This document shows, piece after piece, positions 34,409 through 36,890 of a stretch of 36,890 bases of DNA (position 1 is the stretch's first letter; each line of letters begins with the position of its first letter). Where the stretch lies: the IMG/VR virus record IMGVR_UViG_3300032306_000024, positions 1-36,890 of that record; one strand, 5' to 3'. The stretch comes from a virus. Its lineage: Duplodnaviria > Caudoviricetes. The position numbers and the translations under genes were made by a program. The notes beneath the pieces were generated by a model. It was not told the DNA's origin and ran no database searches. It worked only from the letters and a program-made list of their open reading frames with translations.

Positions 34409-35377
34409 ATGGCAGATTCGAATAACCTGACTGAAGCGGATGTATTGGCGATGGCGCAAGCGGCTGACGAAGGACGGGATTTTAATCCTACTCCCAAGGA
34501 AGACGAAAAAGCCAAAGTAGAAACAAATGCTTCGGATAAGGCCAGCGGAGATAACGAGCAGACACCCGCGCCTGCAGAAGAAGCCGAAAAACAAACAGAA
34601 GCCTCGGATGAGGTTTCGTCTACCAAGGAGAAATCCAAGGAAGATAAAAGTTCTTTAACAACGCAATCTTCAGAAGACAAGTCGGAGTCGGCTTCCGAAA
34701 AGAAGCCTACCCGTTACGAGAAGGCTAAGTCGCGACTTGAGAAGGAGTGGGAAGATGTCCGAGCAGAGAAAGCCAGAATCAAAGCAGAACGTGAGCAGAT
34801 CGAAGCTGAAAGGGCAAGGAAGACTTCAGAAACTCCTCAAGGCGAGACAAAATCGAGCAGCCGCAAGTTTAGCGCGGAAGATTACAGGGAAGCAGCAAAG
34901 AGCTACCGTGATGAAGGCCGTGACGATCTTGCAAAACTTGCCGAACAAAAAGCTGGTGACATCGAAGTTGAGGAAAGGAAGGAGATCGAGCAGAAAACCC
35001 AGACAGAATTAAAGTCTGCCTGGGATAAAAATTTGCTTGATGAAGTGGAAGCAAATCCTGAACTTAAAGATTCGTCCAGCACTTTGTATAAAGCCGTATC
35101 GGAAATGTTGCAAAACCACGCAATCCTGCGTAATTACCCAGCGGGGATCAAGGATGCGGTTGGAATTGCCAAGGTAAAGCTCCAAGCGGAGTCCGCCTCC
35201 GATTTGTCGAAAAAGGTTGCAGAGTATGAGAAAGAACTTTCTCAACTCAGAAAAGCGACAACTCCAGCGTCAGGTCAACCAAAAGGTCCTGCCAAGACTA
35301 AAGCTTTTCACGAACTAACGCTCGAAGAGCAAGAACGTGAATTGATGAAAATGGCATCCGAAGTTGACAGAGGTTGA
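34409..35377 (+). CDS. Capsid scaffolding protein
   Basis: Acidic disordered N-terminus and coiled coils; directly upstream of the capsid gene. Confidence 0.75.
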   Translation: MADSNNLTEADVLAMAQAADEGRDFNPTPKEDEKAKVETNASDKASGDNEQTPAPAEEAEKQTEASDEVSSTKEKSKEDKSSLTTQSSEDKSESASEKKPTRYEKAKSRLEKEWEDVRAEKARIKAEREQIEAERARKTSETPQGETKSSSRKFSAEDYREAAKSYRDEGRDDLAKLAEQKAGDIEVEERKEIEQKTQTELKSAWDKNLLDEVEANPELKDSSSTLYKAVSEMLQNHAILRNYPAGIKDAVGIAKVKLQAESASDLSKKVAEYEKELSQLRKATTPASGQPKGPAKTKAFHELTLEEQERELMKMASEVDRG

Positions 35378-35408
35378 GTAGTCATAACAAACAAGGATAC
35401 TTAATTAT

Positions 35409-36437
35409 ATGGTAACTACTGGCTCAGTCAGCGCGCAGTTCCAGGCATACTTTTCAAAAGCATTGCTAGAACGCGCAATCCCATTGCTCCAGATGGAGCA
35501 ATTCGCAATGAAAACCCCCTACCCGACCAAAACTGGCGGGAATAAAACCATAAGGTTTTTTAGGTTCGGGGACCCAAGCATCAGCGCAATTTCGGCACTG
35601 TCGGAAGGCACAACGCCCTCCAGCGGTGACGAGCGCGATCTGACGCTATCCTCAGTTGAAGCCACGCTTGTCCAATACGGAAGCAAGATCATCCTCACCG
35701 ATGTCGTACTAGCAACCGAATTGTTCTCGCACTTGGCACAGGCCACTAAACAACTCGGCGAAGATGCCGCCCTTCACGCTGACACACTCTGTCACCGCGC
35801 GTTGGTGCAGGACTCCTCGACCAGCACTGGTACTGGCGTAGCCACCAAATCGTACAACCGTTATGCTCAGAACACGACTAACGGAACGACCTGGGCTACT
35901 GGTTCAGTTGCTAACGGCGCAATGACCTCCACCGACTTGCTCGATGGCGCGACTTCGCTGTTCATCGCCCGCGCTCCTAAGATCAAGGACGGCTACGCGC
36001 TTGTCGCGCATCCTGCCGTTATCCGTGATCTACAGCAGGACGATGATTGGTTGAAGGTTTCGAGCTACTCGAACCCCGATGCAATCTACAAAGGTGAGAT
36101 TGGTAAATTGTTTGGCGTGTCGGTCATCTCCTCGACCAACGTACAGACCTTCAATACCTCCGCCTCTGGTATCGCTGAAAACAGCGTAGGAACAACTGGT
36201 GTTAACACTGGTTACGCCAACGTCCTCCTCGGTGGTGGTGCGTTTGGTGTTCCTAGCTTGTCCTCTATCGCAGCCTCTGGCTCGCCCTTCGCTCCGAAGG
36301 TCACGATCCTTGATGCTGCTGATAAGAGCGATCCTTATGGACAGCGCATCGTAGCGTCATTCAAGACGTTCTATGCGGCCAAGCAACTCGATACTCGGTT
36401 CTTCCGAGTCATCGTTGCGAAGTCCAACTACAGCTAA
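35409..36437 (+). CDS. Major capsid protein (N4-gp56-like)
   Basis: KTIRFFRF, LSEGTTP, QYG, HP...DL, GEIGKLFGV and DKSDPYGQR. Confidence 0.9.
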   Translation: MVTTGSVSAQFQAYFSKALLERAIPLLQMEQFAMKTPYPTKTGGNKTIRFFRFGDPSISAISALSEGTTPSSGDERDLTLSSVEATLVQYGSKIILTDVVLATELFSHLAQATKQLGEDAALHADTLCHRALVQDSSTSTGTGVATKSYNRYAQNTTNGTTWATGSVANGAMTSTDLLDGATSLFIARAPKIKDGYALVAHPAVIRDLQQDDDWLKVSSYSNPDAIYKGEIGKLFGVSVISSTNVQTFNTSASGIAENSVGTTGVNTGYANVLLGGGAFGVPSLSSIAASGSPFAPKVTILDAADKSDPYGQRIVASFKTFYAAKQLDTRFFRVIVAKSNYS

Positions 36438-36444
36438 TAATTAA

Positions 36445-36816
36445 ATGGGAACCATGCTAGTTATTGGTATGGGACCTCGGAAAGCTGGGGAGGATAAAAC
36501 CTCCCCAGCCACTTCCTCATCTGAAAAACCTATGAAAAAAATGGCGAAAGCTGGAATGGTGATGCTCCCAGTTTCCAAGTTCGAAATGAACGATGGAACT
36601 GAAGATGTGTCCCCAGAAGTGGGTGATTCTGTAGAACTCTCTGGAACAATTGACATGATCGAAAATGGCATTGCCCACGTTAATGTGGAACACGCCATGA
36701 GCGAGAGTGAATCCAAAGACAAGTCGGAAGACATGGCTGAAGGTGAAAACTCAATGTCCGAAGAGGAAAAGATGATGAAGTTGGCTGAGGAATCGGATAA
36801 GGAAAACTATAGCTAA
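36445..36816 (+). CDS. Acidic post-capsid hypothetical protein
   Basis: Open frame coupled by TAATG to the next gene; true start could be ATG 36532. Confidence 0.6.
   Translation: MGTMLVIGMGPRKAGEDKTSPATSSSEKPMKKMAKAGMVMLPVSKFEMNDGTEDVSPEVGDSVELSGTIDMIENGIAHVNVEHAMSESESKDKSEDMAEGENSMSEEEKMMKLAEESDKENYS
36484..36509 (+). terminator. Perfect 10-bp hairpin shortly after the capsid gene
   Basis: GCTGGGGAGG-ATAAAA-CCTCCCCAGC. Confidence 0.55.
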
Positions 36817-36890
36817 TGCCTGTTTACCAGTACGAGGACACCAGAAATGGGAAAGTTGTCGAACTGGAAAAGGCTGTGGCCGAAAGGGAT
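36768..36890. repeat. Terminal direct repeat or assembly overlap, copy 2
   Basis: Identical to 1-123. Confidence 0.97.

Noticed and set aside
1-36890. Diversity-generating retroelement, integrase or alternative genetic code
   Set aside because: No reverse transcriptase or recombinase motifs were seen, and genes tile densely under the standard code

Overview
The window is an apparently complete, circularly assembled genome (about 36,767 bp) of a tailed dsDNA phage with podovirus-like organisation. Bases 1-123 are identical to 36768-36890. Reading from 28556 on the + strand and wrapping around, the order is: small and large terminase, holin and overlapped spanin-like pair, portal, SAM methyltransferase, HNH endonuclease, scaffold, N4-gp56-like major capsid protein, small virion proteins, tail fibre with S74 chaperone domain, tail adaptor and nozzle, ejection proteins and a GH108-like lysin. 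Next come nucleases, an SSB-like protein, a modification cluster (GT-A glycosyltransferase, 2OG-Fe(II) oxygenase, C5 DNA methyltransferase, GT9-like glycosyltransferase), an AEP-like primase, an AAA_25 helicase and a structured origin-like region. A minus-strand early block (26032-28426) is driven by a sigma70-like promoter. I saw no integrase, DNA or RNA polymerase, tRNA or CRISPR array. The lipoproteins and spanin-like pair suggest a diderm host. The most striking signal is a dual-frame C5 methyltransferase: motifs I-VIII and X lie in one frame, while three WxTP target-recognition-like modules and motif IX lie in a nested +1 frame. Other highlights are the modification cluster around it, a three-way-junction RNA-like element before the primase, a polar 14-16 bp repeat array and apparently leaderless operon heads. 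All functional calls come from motif recognition by eye; no searches were run.
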